Assembly: GCA_004431415.1 (NCBI GenBank)
Contig: QPMI01000416.1
Location: forward strand, 620,001-684,000
DNA: 64,000 nucleotides
Direction of reading: 5' to 3'
Source: Cyanophora paradoxa CCMP329
Taxonomy: Eukaryota; Plantae; Glaucophyta
Part shown: one piece after another, positions 1 to 12,400 of the stretch
Position numbering within the stretch: position 1 is the first letter of the stretch
Layout: each line of letters starts with the position of its first letter
Position numbers and translations under genes: made by a program
The notes under the pieces: generated by a model
What the model saw: the letters and a program-made list of their open reading frames with translations, nothing else
Database searches by the model: none
What the model was told of the DNA's origin: nothing

Positions 1-960
1 AGCAGCAGGGTCGGGCGCGTTCTGCGGGGTACACGGTTTTAGGACGGGGCGAGGAAAGGGGGGTACACCGGTGGTCGGCGGGCCTGGGCGAGTTTGAGGG
101 AGCGGAGGGTGGGGGCGAGGGCGGCCAGAGGTGCGATGCCCGTCCCGTCCCCCACGTTCAGCGCCAGATGCTGGGGGGTACGTGATCATCATGGGGAGGA
201 GCGAGCCGGGCGGGCGCGTGCAGGCCTCGAGGCGGGTGAGGGGGGAGAGGAATCCGATCCACTCGAAGGCGCCCCCAACCTCCAGCGCTGCCGAGCGAAG
301 CGAAGGGGTCAAGCTCGCGCCGGGGGTCGCCCGCCCACACGCGGGGCGCACTTTGCAAGGACGTGAGGCGCGCGAGGGGCGCGGCGTCGTCGCGTTTCAC
401 CCGCGGCCAGTGCTTCGCGGGGCTGCGAGGCAGTGCCCGTTAGGGTCCGGGATGGGGGCGGGAGTCGGGGGCGTACCCGAACCGCAAAGAACGCCAGAAC
501 TCGACCTGAAGCCGCACGAGGGCAGTATGCCTGCTCGCGTCCGCCCGGCATGAGCATGGTGCGATCGAACTACTTGAACGCGAATGCAGCACACCTGCAA
601 GCGTCGAACTCCGCGCCGCGCCGCATCGGGCGCCCGCAGCAGCGCCTCCAGGTCGGCTGGCATCATTGATTCGAAGGGCTTATGTAGCGCGACCCGATCC
701 CACGCGCTGGGGTCCTCGCACAGAGAGCGGAACCGACGAAAAGGGGTCGGGTCGAGCGTCGGGAGCGTTCTCGCGGGGATTCAGCTGCGACGTCGACAGG
801 CCTAGGCCAGCGCAGGCAGGCTGGCGCGGCCAATCCCGCCGCGCGGCCAGCACGAGAATGCGAACAAGGAGCTCGTCGGGGAGCGCGTCGATCGGGCAGC
901 TCTCTCCCGCAGCGCCATCGGGCCGGGCGAGTAAGCTGGAGCTGCTGCTCTCTGCTGCAT
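1..960 (-). CDS. Putative F-box protein, partial and intron-containing; apparent frameshift near 740-780; start not located
   Basis: Minus-strand translation gives CPIDALPDELLVRILVLAA (about 840-898), a typical F-box start. One frame over it continues RRFRSLCEDPSAWDRV...MPADLEALLRAPDAARRGVRRLQ, followed by GT..AG introns. Confidence 0.45.
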
Positions 961-1473
961 CGCCGTCACGCGTACGTCGCTCTTGGTTTCATCTCGCACA
1001 AATTCAGCTCAGTCGGCCGAGTCGCGATGTCGATCAAATTTCACCCGAGATTGGCCGTACCCCATCTGACGGGGATTGGAGCGGAAGGGGTTACAAGTTC
1101 GAATTGATCGGCCTGCCTCCGATCGGTTCACGTTCGCGCTCGTACTTGTCTCGCAGTGCTTGCCCCGGCTCATTCCAGCCGATCCGAGCGCCCGCTGCCT
1201 TGCTCGTCCGGATAAGCTTAAGGATCAGCAGCAAACTCTTTGCTGGCGGCCCCCGGCGTCCGGTTTGAAGCGTACGCCTTCCTCGGCGCAGTACAGCATC
1301 AAAGCGCCGGCTTGAATAAAGCCCCGTTTACGTGTCAACCCGACCTGATTTGAGCCCGATTCGGCCAGGTCCGCCCCGTCCCAGCGATCTGTCGACACTC
1401 CTCTCGCTCTTAGGAGCACAGTGAACCGTGGGAAACGCTCACGATCGCGCCTCGCAGGATTCAGGCGGCCAGC

Positions 1474-1740
1474 ATGACCACGCTCGGGTCCGGCATCTGG
1501 GGCGTCGTCGCCGTGGCCACGCTCGTCAACCCGCACGCCCGCGGCGCGCTCGTGTCGGCCTTCGAGAACTTAAAGGGCTCACAGCACGTGCAACCGGAGC
1601 GCGGACAGCACTCGGGGCAGGCGCTGGCGGCGCCGCCGCCGCGGGCTCGCCCCCCAGTGCCGGCGCCGGCGCTCGCGGCCCCGGGGTCCCTTATCGCCCC
1701 GGAGCGCAAGCGCGGCTCGGCCTCGGGCGAAGCCTCTTAG
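1474..1740 (+). CDS. Small hypothetical protein (88 aa) with hydrophobic N-terminus
   Basis: ATG-to-stop ORF MTTLGSGIWGVVAVATLVNP..., followed by an AT-richer UTR-like tract. No recognisable domain. Confidence 0.3.
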   Translation: MTTLGSGIWGVVAVATLVNPHARGALVSAFENLKGSQHVQPERGQHSGQALAAPPPRARPPVPAPALAAPGSLIAPERKRGSASGEAS

Positions 1741-2348
1741 CGAGGCACCGGCGCCGCTGCAATGCTTCGGGCTCCGCGCAGGGCCCGGGCCCCCTAAGCG
1801 GAGCCGGCTCCTCCGTCGTCCTCTGCTCAGCGGCTGTAGCATAGTATGATAGTGGCCGTGGTCGTACTACGTGGCCGGCGGCTCGGGGTTCTAGGCTAGA
1901 TCGTCGATTTCGGCTCGACTTAATTTGCGGTCGTGGCTGCTCAGCGGCTCAGCAGCTCGTCGGCTCGCTTGCTTTGGCGTGTACAGAATTCGAAGAGGCT
2001 AGGCCCGAAAAGAGTTGCAGCTCTAGCTGTAGGTCGCTGTAAATATACTTCTTTTCAGGCTGGCAGTTTCAGGTTGCTTTTTTGAGGACGTGGTAGGCTA
2101 GGCGTAGTACGTACATATGCGTCCGTAGTACACACGTTCATTAAAATTGAAAGCCTGTTTTGGTACAATTTCTTTCGATCTAGATTCACTGTACGCCAGC
2201 TGTTATGCCCTTGCGTTGCCCGAGCTTTGAGGTCCCTGCAGACAGTTCCTGCTAGGCTACTAGGCTAGCGCCGTGGCAGGCTGAAGCTTGTAAATGTATT
2301 AATATGTTTCTTCGTAATGTACATGTATCGTAGTGCTTGACTGAAGCT

Positions 2349-5300
2349 TTAAAGAACAGCCTTGTACGCAGATCCGCCCAGGACTGTCGCCCCTCGAGCT
2401 CCCGCCCCAGTCACCGCTCTGGCCTCGAGTCCTTTTCGCCGGCGTCCCCCGAATTCGAAGCCGCCGCTCCCGGATCCGCCTCCGCCGCCTCCCCGCCCCC
2501 CGCGGCTCCCGCCCCTTCTGAGGCGAGGTCCTCGCCCCGCGCGCGCCTCAGCAGCGCCCTGCACGTCCTCACGTCCCACCCCTCCGGGGCCGCCCCCTCC
2601 CCCTCCCCCGCCTGCGGTGCCTCCGCCGGCGCCCCCAGCGCTCCCAGCGCTCGCTGCCGTACCCTTCAGACCACGTGGAAGGGATAGAGGGGGGAAAATA
2701 TGCGCGGGGGGTACCTCAAGGATGGGGAGGGCACCCTCTGGGTCGCCGGCGTTCAGCCGAGCCTCACCAGCCATTGCGAGCGCCCGCCCAAGCTGCCCGG
2801 GGATGAGGAATTCGAACTAGGGAAGGGGCGGAGGGGGGGGGGTACGGCACCCGCTCGTCTCCCTCGCTCAGAAGCGAAGCCGCGCGCTGCGAGGGCGCCG
2901 TCAGGCGGGGCGGAAGAAATCCCGTACCCCCCTCTCAGCCACCTCGGAGACGGCAGAGGCGTCCACCCAGCGGCCTGCCTGTGCGTATACCCGGGCCAGC
3001 TCCGCCAGAGAATCGAGTACCCTGCCGTTCGTCCCGAGATCAGTACCCCGCCTACGGGGGAGCGGAGCGGGGAGGGGGTACGCGGACGCACGCCGGGTGC
3101 GTCTGCCCCAGTGATCGCGAGAACGCGCCTTGCGCCGCCTAGGGGGTACAACGCCGGCGCTCGATCAGCGGAGGGGCAAAGCTTTTGGGGGGTACAGACC
3201 TCCAGGAGGGCGATCGAGCGCGCGTCGTCGCGCAGGGGCGAGTCGTGCTCCCCGTACAGCTGCCCCAACCGTATCGAGATGTACCCCACCTGGAGAGCCT
3301 GTCGAAGGGGGTACAGGGTAGGGTTGTTGGGGGTACGGCACCTTCAGGTTGTCAGTGGCCGCCGGACCCAGCAGCCTTATGAAGGAGCTGAGCGCGCGCT
3401 GCGAAGGCGGGGGCTCAGGGGGGATACGATGTCAGAGGTCGGAGGGGGTACCGACCTCCAGCAGCGTCACGGCTGCCGCGGGGTCCCCCCGTCGCTCGGC
3501 CAGGTCCTGGGGGTGAGGCGTGAGGACAGGACGACATGAGCTGCGGGGGGTACGGCAAAGGCGCGCGGGGGGTACCGCGAGCAGCGTGATCGTCTCCGTG
3601 ACGAGGTGGTGGTCGGGTCCCAGGGCCGCCGTCCGCAGTGCCAGCGCCCGCTGCGGGAGGGAGGCGCCGGCGTCAGGGGGGGGTACGCCGAAAGAAAGAA
3701 AGAGAGGGGTACGCAGTGACCTCGAGGGCCTGCTGGGCGGAGTCAATGTCGCCCAGCTGCGTGTAGACCAGGCCGAGGCTGTGCGGTGGGGGGGAGGGCG
3801 GGAGAAGAAGGCGGTCAGATCGGATCGGCGAGCGCTCGAGCTAGGCGGGCGGGCGGGCGGGCGGGCGGGCGGGCGGGCGGGCGGGTTGTGGGCTAGAAGC
3901 GACAAGCACATTAAAGCGGGTGTGCGGAGGAAGAGGAGGGGCCTCCGGGAAGTGAGGGGGGGGGAGGCGGGGGGGGGGGGGGAGGCGGGGGAGGGGGGGA
4001 GGGGGAGGGGGGGGGAGGGGGAGGGGGGGAGCTCTAGGCGGGGGCGGGGCGGCCGCAGGGCGAGCAGGGAACGAGCTCTCGAGCCAGCGATCTCTAGGCA
4101 GCGGCGCGCTAAAGCGGAGGGGGAGGGGGGGGGGGGGTGGCGCGGGGCGCGGGGCGGGGCGGACAAGTTGATGCTGTCGGCGACGTCGCCGCTCTCGGGG
4201 CCCCGCGTCCGCGCCAGGATCTCCACCGCTCTCTGCCGCGCGGCATAAGGAGATTAAGAAGACTCAAGTTTCTAAGCTCAAGTCTCCTAACAATCTTCGC
4301 TTTTAGCATTTAAGCTCGAAGCTTGATCTCTAGCTGATCTCAACAAGGATCTCCACGGCCAACTGCCGCGAGGCCGGGCCGGGCCGCGTGAGCCGACGCG
4401 CGGTTCGAAGACTCTAAGCGCGGTTGGTAGACTCGGTTCGTAGACTTTAACTTAGACTTTAAGGCTTTCGTCTTAAACTTCGGCCCCGCTCTAAGCCGCT
4501 TTTTAGCTGATCGTAACAAGGATCTCCGTCAGGGACCGCGTTGAACAGCTCCTAAGCTCAAAACTTGATCTTTAACTTCGCCCCCGCTCTAAGCCATAAG
4601 GAACGCGGCAGCTCCGCCGTGCGGACCTCCATTAGGGGCCGGGCCTTCTCCAGCGCGCCGTTCTTCGCGAAGATCGCCGCGCACGCCTGCAGCGCCCTGG
4701 GGGGCGCGGCGGGGGTATGCGTCAGGGTCGGGGGGTACGGGTTGGGTTGGGCGGGGGTAGTGGTGCGGATGGGCGGGCGGGCGGGCGCACACGGCGAAGT
4801 CCGGCGAGTCCTGCCCCTGGGCCGCCTGGATCGCCAGGCTCTTCTGCGGGGGAGGGGGGTACGCGTCGGAACGAGGTCCGCGGGGGGGTACGTGATAGAA
4901 GGGGAGAGGGGGGTACCTCGATCAGAATCTGGCCCTCGTCGGGGCGCCCCTGGCGCATGAGGAGGTCCCCTAGGGCCTTGAGGCACGACCCCACGCGCGG
5001 GTCCTCGGGTCCGAACAGGCGCGTGCTCTCAGCCAGGCACCTCTGGGCTCCCAGGAGGTCACAAAAAAGAGGTCGGGGCAGAGGGGGAGGGGGGTACCGC
5101 ACCTCGAGGAAGGGCTCGGCCTCCGCGAGCCGCTCCTGGTTGGTGTAGAGTACCCCTACCTTGAAGAGGAGGCGCACGGTCTGCGGAGAGCGTCGGCGTC
5201 GTGCGGGATACGGCGAACGACCGGCCGGTACGGGTACGCGCACGAGGGCATGACCGGGGCCCAGAGCGGACGCTGCAACGTCCACGGCGCGCTGCGGGCG

Positions 5301-5755
5301 GGCGGGCGGGGCGGCGGTGAGAGGGGCGCGGCGGCGGCGGTCGGTGCCACCCGGCGCAGCGTCGAGATAGTTAGATTGCGCGCCTTGAATCGATCCTCGG
5401 CCTCGCGCATCGCGCCGGTGCGGATCAGCTCGTCCGCTTCCGCCTCTAGCCGCCGCGCCTCCTCCGCGCCGCCGCTGCCGCCCGCATCCGCCGCACCGCT
5501 CAGCGACCTCAAGCTCGAGCCGAGAGGTGCATAGCGGCGGGGCCTCGAGCTCGGGGGCGGCCCCGAGGCGCAGTGGAAAGCGCTGCGCCAGCTGCAGCTC
5601 TGCGGAGCGCCGCATGCCGGCCACCGGAGGCGCCGTGCTGAGGCGCTCGCCGTATGCGCGCAAAGCGCCCTAGCTATAGGAGATCGCAGCCCGGGGTCGA
5701 CGCCGAGACATCGAAGCGCGCCCGACCGACACAGCGAGCGCGCCAGCACAGCCAT
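2349..5755 (-). CDS. TPR-repeat protein (kinesin-light-chain-like TPR_10/TPR_12 type) with probable mitochondrial targeting peptide; multi-exon
   Basis: The N-terminus MAVLARSLCRSGALRCL... is Arg/Ser/Ala-rich. Exons include VGVLYTNQERLAEAEPFLE, RLFGPEDPRVGSCLKALGDLLMRQGRPDEG, RALALRTAALGPDHHLVTETITLLA and AGEARLNAGDPEGALPILE. The tail is Gly-rich and ends at the stop at 2349. Confidence 0.8.
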
Positions 5756-5985
5756 GCCACTACGGCGGACCTGCGCCACTGCAGTGAGTTGGTGGGCAGC
5801 GAAGCTGCGCCAGAGGCCTAGGAAGACGAAGCGCACATGCATACCTGTCTAACAGCGTACCCTGGCTGGCTCCCGCCTCGACTCTCGCTGACGACCGCCC
5901 GAGCTTCTCCGCTGCCGCGGCAGCAAGGCGCAGCTTTGGAGCTTCTTTCAGCCACCCCGTGCGCGCTCGGCGTGCAAGCAGCCGC

Positions 5986-8267
5986 ATGGCGCAGGACGTG
6001 GGCATCTCCGCAGCGGCTTCGAGCTACCGGATGGCAGCAATAGAGCCACCCACGTTGGAGGCCGCAGAGCTCGTCGTCGCAGCGGGAACAGCATGGAGCC
6101 GGCATCACCAGCAGCAGATCCACGCAGGAAGCCAGGCGCAGCCGGATTTGTGTCTGCTCAGCGGTTTCGACGCTGCGCTGAGCAGCCCTGAGCGCATCAT
6201 CGTCGCCGCGACGAGCGTCGTCGAGTCAACCTACGTGCCTTCGAACAGCGTCGAGATCCGGAGCAACTCGACGCGAAAGAGGTCGGCGGAGCAGCTCAGC
6301 TTCCTGGAAAGCGACACTTCGCCCTCGGAACGGCGCTCTCGCCAGCGCGCACAGCGCGGAATGAACGATTCGGGTTCGCGCGCCCCGCGGAAAGCGAGCG
6401 TCGCTCTCTGCCGCCGACGCTGAGCGCTCGCGCCGCAGAGAGCGACGCCTCCTTTTCATTGCGAGGTGAGCACTGCCTCTCCGCCGCCCCAGCGCGCCGC
6501 GCTCAGCCGCCGCGCAGCGTCTCCCGCGAATCAGTCGCCCCCGCCGCCGTTCCTGGCCGCAGGGCCCTCGAGCTCGACGCCTCAGGGCCTGGCGCCGTTC
6601 GACTGCGCGGCGGTCATAGCGCCCGCGGCGATCGCGCGGGCCGGCGCCTTCTCGTGCCGCACGCGCCTGAACGACGACCCGTCGCACAACAAGAGCACCG
6701 AGCTGGTCGAGCTCGGGGCGAACAGTAAGGGCTTCGTCGACGTCGAGGGCTCGGACGCCGACCCCAGCAAGAAGCGCTCGCAGATCTACCGCGTCTTCTT
6801 CGACTTCGATCGGCCCGACGTCCAATCCGCGTTCCTCCTCGCCGCGCGCGAAGGTGCGCCTGCCCGCTTCTCTCTCCGGCGCGCCGGTCGCCGCGCCGCG
6901 CCGCTCACGCAAAGAGGCGGCGCGCAGAGCGCGAAGGAATGCGCGTGCACGTGCCTCGGGGCCTCTCCCGGGCGTGGATGCGGGGTATGGCGAACTCCTA
7001 CAGGCCCCCGAAGGGCGACCAGGACGCCGCGGACTACGTACCCGTGCGCTCCCGCGGCTCACCCGAACACGCCGCGGCTCTGCCTCACACGCCTTCCGCC
7101 GCGCCGCAGGCGAACAGCATCACGGCGGAGGGCGGGCTCACGCGCGTCTTTTTCGACATACGCGTTCGTTTCCACGATCCGAACAACGGCGTGCGCCCGC
7201 CCCGCCCCTCCAGGCGCCGCCCGGCCGACTCCCATGCGCAGTTCCGCTTCGTTGTCGTGGGTTCGAATCCGGCTGGGGAGCTTTTCCTCTACTACAGCCC
7301 GCAGCTGTTCATCGCGAGGACGGGGACACGTGCGCTTCTTCTCCCGTACCCCCCTCTCGCCCTGGCGCCGCCCCGTCCCGACCGCGCGAGCTCTTCGCGC
7401 CGCAGAGCACAAGGACCTCAGGGACCGGGTACGACGATTCGCGGGCAAGACGGGGGTACAGGCGAAGCCGGAGCCGGGGGTACCGCCGCCTCTCCCCATG
7501 GCCTCCTCCTCCTCCTCCTCAGCCGGAATTTCTCTCGATACCATCGCTCGCATCGCCACCGCTCGTGAGCGCCCCGCCGCGCCTCGCCCTCCGGTCCCGT
7601 ACTCCCCTCACGTAACGCAGCGCACCTCGCCTCGCCCGCTCCCCGCCGATCGAATCTCCACCCCGTCCGACCCACCGCCGGTGCAGCGTACCCCCCTCCC
7701 ACTAATTTCCCCGTATCTCAAACCCTGCGCCGCCCGCAGGCGCCGAGCCGGTACACTCCACGTTCAGCGAATCAACCACCGCCGAACAAGGTACGATGGC
7801 GTTCGCCTTCGTACCCCGGAGCGCTCTTATCCCTTCCTGCCCGCAGCCGGCCTCCCCTCTGAAGTATTCATCCCCCCACCCTCCGCCCAAGGCGAACAGC
7901 CGCCGGTACCCCTCCCCGCTCCCATCCCCCCCCTTCTTTTTTCGTGACTCCGCTCCGATTCGGCGTAGCCCCCCGAAGACCTCATCGCCATCCCCACCGA
8001 AGGCGTCCAGGTCCGTCCCGTCCCCCCGCCGCTTTCTTCCCCCCCCCCCCATCCAATGCCCATTTACCCCCATTCCCACCCCCCCCTCCTCTTCTGGCAG
8101 TCCGCTGGCGAGGGAGAGCCCATACAGGCCTCTGTCCTCCTCGACCTCGCCCAGGCACGCACGCGTACCCCCCAAAGCACCGCGTACCCCCGCCCCTAAC
8201 GAGCCCTTTCTCCTCGCAGCAAGCCGAGCTTCTACTCTCGCCCGGCGGCCGGCCCGTCACCCTCTAG
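5986..8267 (+). CDS. Hypothetical multi-exon protein, possibly a transcription factor with a beta-sandwich DNA-binding domain
   Basis: Exons splice in frame: ...NDSESDASFSLRGPSSSTPQ...KKRSQIYRVFFDFDRPD...GLTRVFFDIRVRFHDPNNGFRFVVVGSNPAGELFLYYSPQLFIA...HKDLRDR..., last exon QAELLLSPGGRPVTL*. Basic NLS-like patches are present. Confidence 0.55.
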
Positions 8268-8834
8268 TCTAAAAATAGTCTGGCCCTGTCCCCGCGCCTC
8301 CCCGCCGACCCTGCTCCGTCCTCCTTGCTCTACTCCCCGCCTCTTCCACATCCAACCTCTACCCCGGGGCCCTCCGCCCCCCGACCCGCCATCTCCCCCT
8401 CTTTCTCCCTCTCATTCGCTCGAGCGGGCCTAGGCCAACCCCATCCTCCGTCCCCCGTCCGCCCGCCCCCAGCCTGCCCTGTACCCCCTCTCTTCCTCTA
8501 ACTATATTGGATGTATTTAAGGGAATCAAGTTGCAGAGACCGGGGGCGCCTGTGCTGAGGCAGCGTGGCCGTGTAGCCGTCCTCCCACTAGATCTAGATG
8601 CACTCCCACATGCTTTCTCGCCAGGCGCCCGGGCCTCGGGGCTTTTCCCCGCGCCCCAGCTTCGAGATCGATGGGTCGGCCTACGAGACGGTCCGACGGT
8701 CCGCGGGGCGGCTTCGTCCGGTCTCGTCCCCGTTGTGCCCCTCGGGGGGTGCTCTATATGGCTACGTGCTGCGTATATACTTATGAATATACGAGTCGTG
8801 CCCTTCCGACCTATCCGTACCCCCCTCCCCCCCG

Positions 8835-9030
8835 CAGCAAGCCGAGCTGCTACTCTCGCACGGCGGCCGCCCCGTCACCGTGTAGAAAAAAAATAGTCAA
8901 AATTAATATTGTTTGGCCCTGCCCTCGAGCTCGCGCGCCCCCACGCCGCCCCTGCTCCGTCCTCTTTGCTCTTCCGTCGCCAACCTCTACCCCGGCCCAT
9001 CCGCCCCCGGGCCCGCCATCTACCCCTCTC
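8835..9030 (+). repeat. Diverged duplicate of the terminal exon and 3' UTR (8215-8400) of the upstream gene
   Basis: cag|CAAGCCGAGCTGCTACTCTCGCACGGCGGCCGCCCCGTCACCGTGTAG versus cag|CAAGCCGAGCTTCTACTCTCGCCCGGCGGCCGGCCCGTCACCCTCTAG. The downstream UTR also aligns. Confidence 0.85.
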
Positions 9031-9452
9031 ACCCATCCATTGCAATTGCCTCTATAGCTAGATCTAGGAGCGCAAAAAATATATTTAATTTAAAATTAAG
9101 ACATTGGAGGTATTCAAGTGCCGGGGGCGCGGAGACCGGGGGCCGCCGGGCACCCGTAAGATGTCGATGTATCCTTTTCATACGAACATATGCATATGCA
9201 TATATAGCCCCGGGTATAAAGTGTATATATATATAGAGGGGAAGTTCGAACTTGAGAATGAAAGGAGATATTCAGAGCTCGAGGGGGGCCCGGGGAAAGG
9301 GTGGGGGGGGGGGGGGGGGGGAGGAAGGAAGATCTAGAGCCGGCGCCGCGCGAGCCTTTCGCGAAGGTGCGCCCCGAGAACTCGCGCGCGCTTCTGCGCG
9401 CGCCGCGTTCTGAATGTCTCGAGCTCGATGCGCGCAGTCTCCAGGAGCGCAC

Positions 9453-12400
9453 ATGTCGACGTCATGCGAAGGAAATCCCCGCGCGGATGCGGACGCGGAT
9501 TCGCAGCGGCGGCCCATCGCATCGAACTCGAAAGCAGCTTCAGCTGCCGATGAAAAGAGCAAGACTCGGAAGGCGAAGAGCGAATTGGCGGCGGAAGAGG
9601 CAGAAGCGAGCGCCGCGAAGACCGCGATGAAGGCTGCGCGGGCGGCGGGCGCCAGCGCCGAAGAGCTGAACGCGAAAGGAAACGGTGAGCACTGAACCGG
9701 AGCGGTATACATTTTTCTAAGTTGTCGATTGACGCCTCTGCAGACGCTTTCAAGGCGGGCCGAAATGCAGAGGCGGAGGTCTGGTATGGCGCCGCGATGA
9801 AGGCGGACCCGCGCGCGGCCAAGTACCCATCCAACAGGTTCGTCGATCTGCGACCCATATGCATCACAATTTACGATCGGGCGTCTCGTATCAAGGGCTG
9901 CGGCTCGCTTGAAGCTGCTCAAACACACTGAGGTCCGCTTTAAATTTTAAAATTTTCATCTTCCAATTGCGAAGATGTTGCAATTGCAGAATTCGAAATG
10001 GCTGATTATTATTCGCTGGGCGCACACAGGCGTACGCTGACGCAAGAGCGGCGAGCAAGCTTGATCCCAAGTGGGCGAAACCCGTCATTCGCATGGGTCC
10101 GGAGTCACACGTTCGATTTTCAATCTGGGCGAGAGTTTAGTTTCTGACGCGCGAAATCAAACAGCGACGGCTCTGTACGAGCAGGGGAGCTACGAGGAGG
10201 CCATCAAACTGTACGAGAAGGCTCAGAAGCTCGAGGACGAAGCCGGCTCGAGCGAGTCCCGCGCCGCTACGGAGAACGCGATCTTCTCCTGTCGCCGGAA
10301 GATCACTGTCAAGCGCGAGGCCCGCAAACACTTTTCTGATTCTCCGACGTTTCCGGAAACGCTGCAGCTGTAGCTCACAATCTGTAATCAGAACATCTGG
10401 ATACCCAACCCGAGCGGGAAGCTCGCGGACTTCTATGCAGATTTGAAGAAAACCCCGGAACAATTCGAAAGGTACGTACACGTTTTTTGCAACAATCAGT
10501 TTCAGATTTTGCAACATCGAAATGATTTATATATACATTTATGATCAGGCTCAAGCGAAATGCCACGAAACTGCAGTCGAAACTATTGCAAATACGGGGC
10601 TCAACGTCGAAGCTCTGCGAAGAAGCTAAAGCGTACCAGGATGGGACTGACGGGCAACCGAAGGACCTGCACCGTGCCGCAGAGCTTTTGCTGCAGGCCG
10701 CGAAGGTGCTCGATTTGCCCGAGAATTTTATCAAGCGTTGCATTCATTTATTTGTATATTTCATCAAGCAGAAAGGCAACGCGGAGGCGATGTACAATCT
10801 CGCAAAGCATTACGAGGAGAATGAGTCGAATTTTGCGGAAGCGCTTGCCTGGCTACATGTGCGCCCTTGGTTTTATGCTCTTAACCACCACATTACATCC
10901 GCTTGGACTCGCATCGAGTTACCTAAAAGCTTCAGCAGAAAGCTGCCTCGCAGCCTGTTTGGATTTTCCCAGAAAGACTGCCAAATTTTGGCGTCACCGA
11001 ATCCTTTAAGACGATTGGCTGCATGACTAGGGATGGCATCGGCATGAAGCCAGACCCCGAAAAGGCGATTCCCTGGTTCCGCAAAGCAGCTGAAAGCGGT
11101 GCGTGTGCACCTTCAATTTGTGATATGTGTTATGATCTCTAGATCTGAATTCGAAAAGTTGCTCATTCAACGTGTACGTGTACAGGTACGAAGGGGCAAG
11201 GCCACTATTCCGGACTGAACGTTATGGGCGACTGCTACGAACAGGGCATCGGAGGTGCATCGAATTTCCTCAAAGATCGCAACTTAATATGAGCGATAAC
11301 TTACGTATACCCATATATACGACGATGATCAGTACCCAAAGATCTCACGGAGGCAGCCCGTTGGTTCCGCAAGGGTGCCGAGAATGGGTTTCCAGTCTGT
11401 CAGGTGCACGTGTGCACGTGCTGGGTTGTTCATCGAGCTTAGAGTTGTAACACCCCCGACACCCGCACCCCTGGCCTGCTTCGCCAAACACAAATATGTT
11501 CATCCGAATTCTGTGCTCGTTTCCGCTTTTTCGAAAACATTTGCAGTTCAATCTTGCCGACGTGCTTGAGCGCGGATTGGGCGTACCCGTCGATCTCGAT
11601 GAAGCTCGGTAAGCTACAGAACGCCGCGCTAGATCTGTCGAAATTCGCGTGAAGTGAAAGGTGACTTCGATGCTTATACTGCAATGACCTCAGAACATGG
11701 TATGAGAAATCAGCACGGCAAGGATTTCCGGATGCGATAAGCGCTCTGGCACGCCTCTCGGCATCGCCGGCTGATGCACTGAAAGCGCGCATCGCCGCTG
11801 CGAACAAGGGGAAATTCGTAGATATGCACAATCTCGGTCTAGATTACTTGGTACTTTTACCCTTGCGCAAATAAAAGGCCGTGCCTTATCATTCTAATCA
11901 TTCGCGAGGCAGCTTGGCCGGCGCGGTGTTTGCAAGTCTGTGCGGCAAGCGCGGGCGTGGTTTCTCAAAGCGGCTAGGACTGGATGCTATGTTTCCATGT
12001 GCGAGCTCGGCTTGCTCCTTACGGGTTGGATCAGATATGCTTCTCTTTCGGAGTGAGTTGAACAGTCCGGCCCGCGCATATGCGTCACCGTTTCTCGGAC
12101 TTTACTTTCCGATATCTACTTGCTCTCTCACGCTCTCTTTCCGATATCCTACTTGCTTCCATTATTTCGATTCTCGGTCTCGTCTAAAGTTTGGACAGAG
12201 AAGAGCAGAGCGAGGTATCTGACCCGAAGCAAGGCGCGGAATGGATTCTGAAGGCAGCACAAAACGGTATACGTACCTAAAGCAATTACGATCCAATCTC
12301 GTTGCCAGTGATTGAATTCACAAAATCCAGGTTTCCCTCGTGCCTGCTTTGCCTACGCTAGGCTGCTGGCCACGGGCAACGGAGTGGAAAAGGTTTCGAA

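Noticed and set aside
7255-7275. GGTTCGAATCC tRNA T-loop-like motif
   Set aside because: It lies inside a coding exon (VVGSNPAG), and no acceptor, D or anticodon stems are visible.
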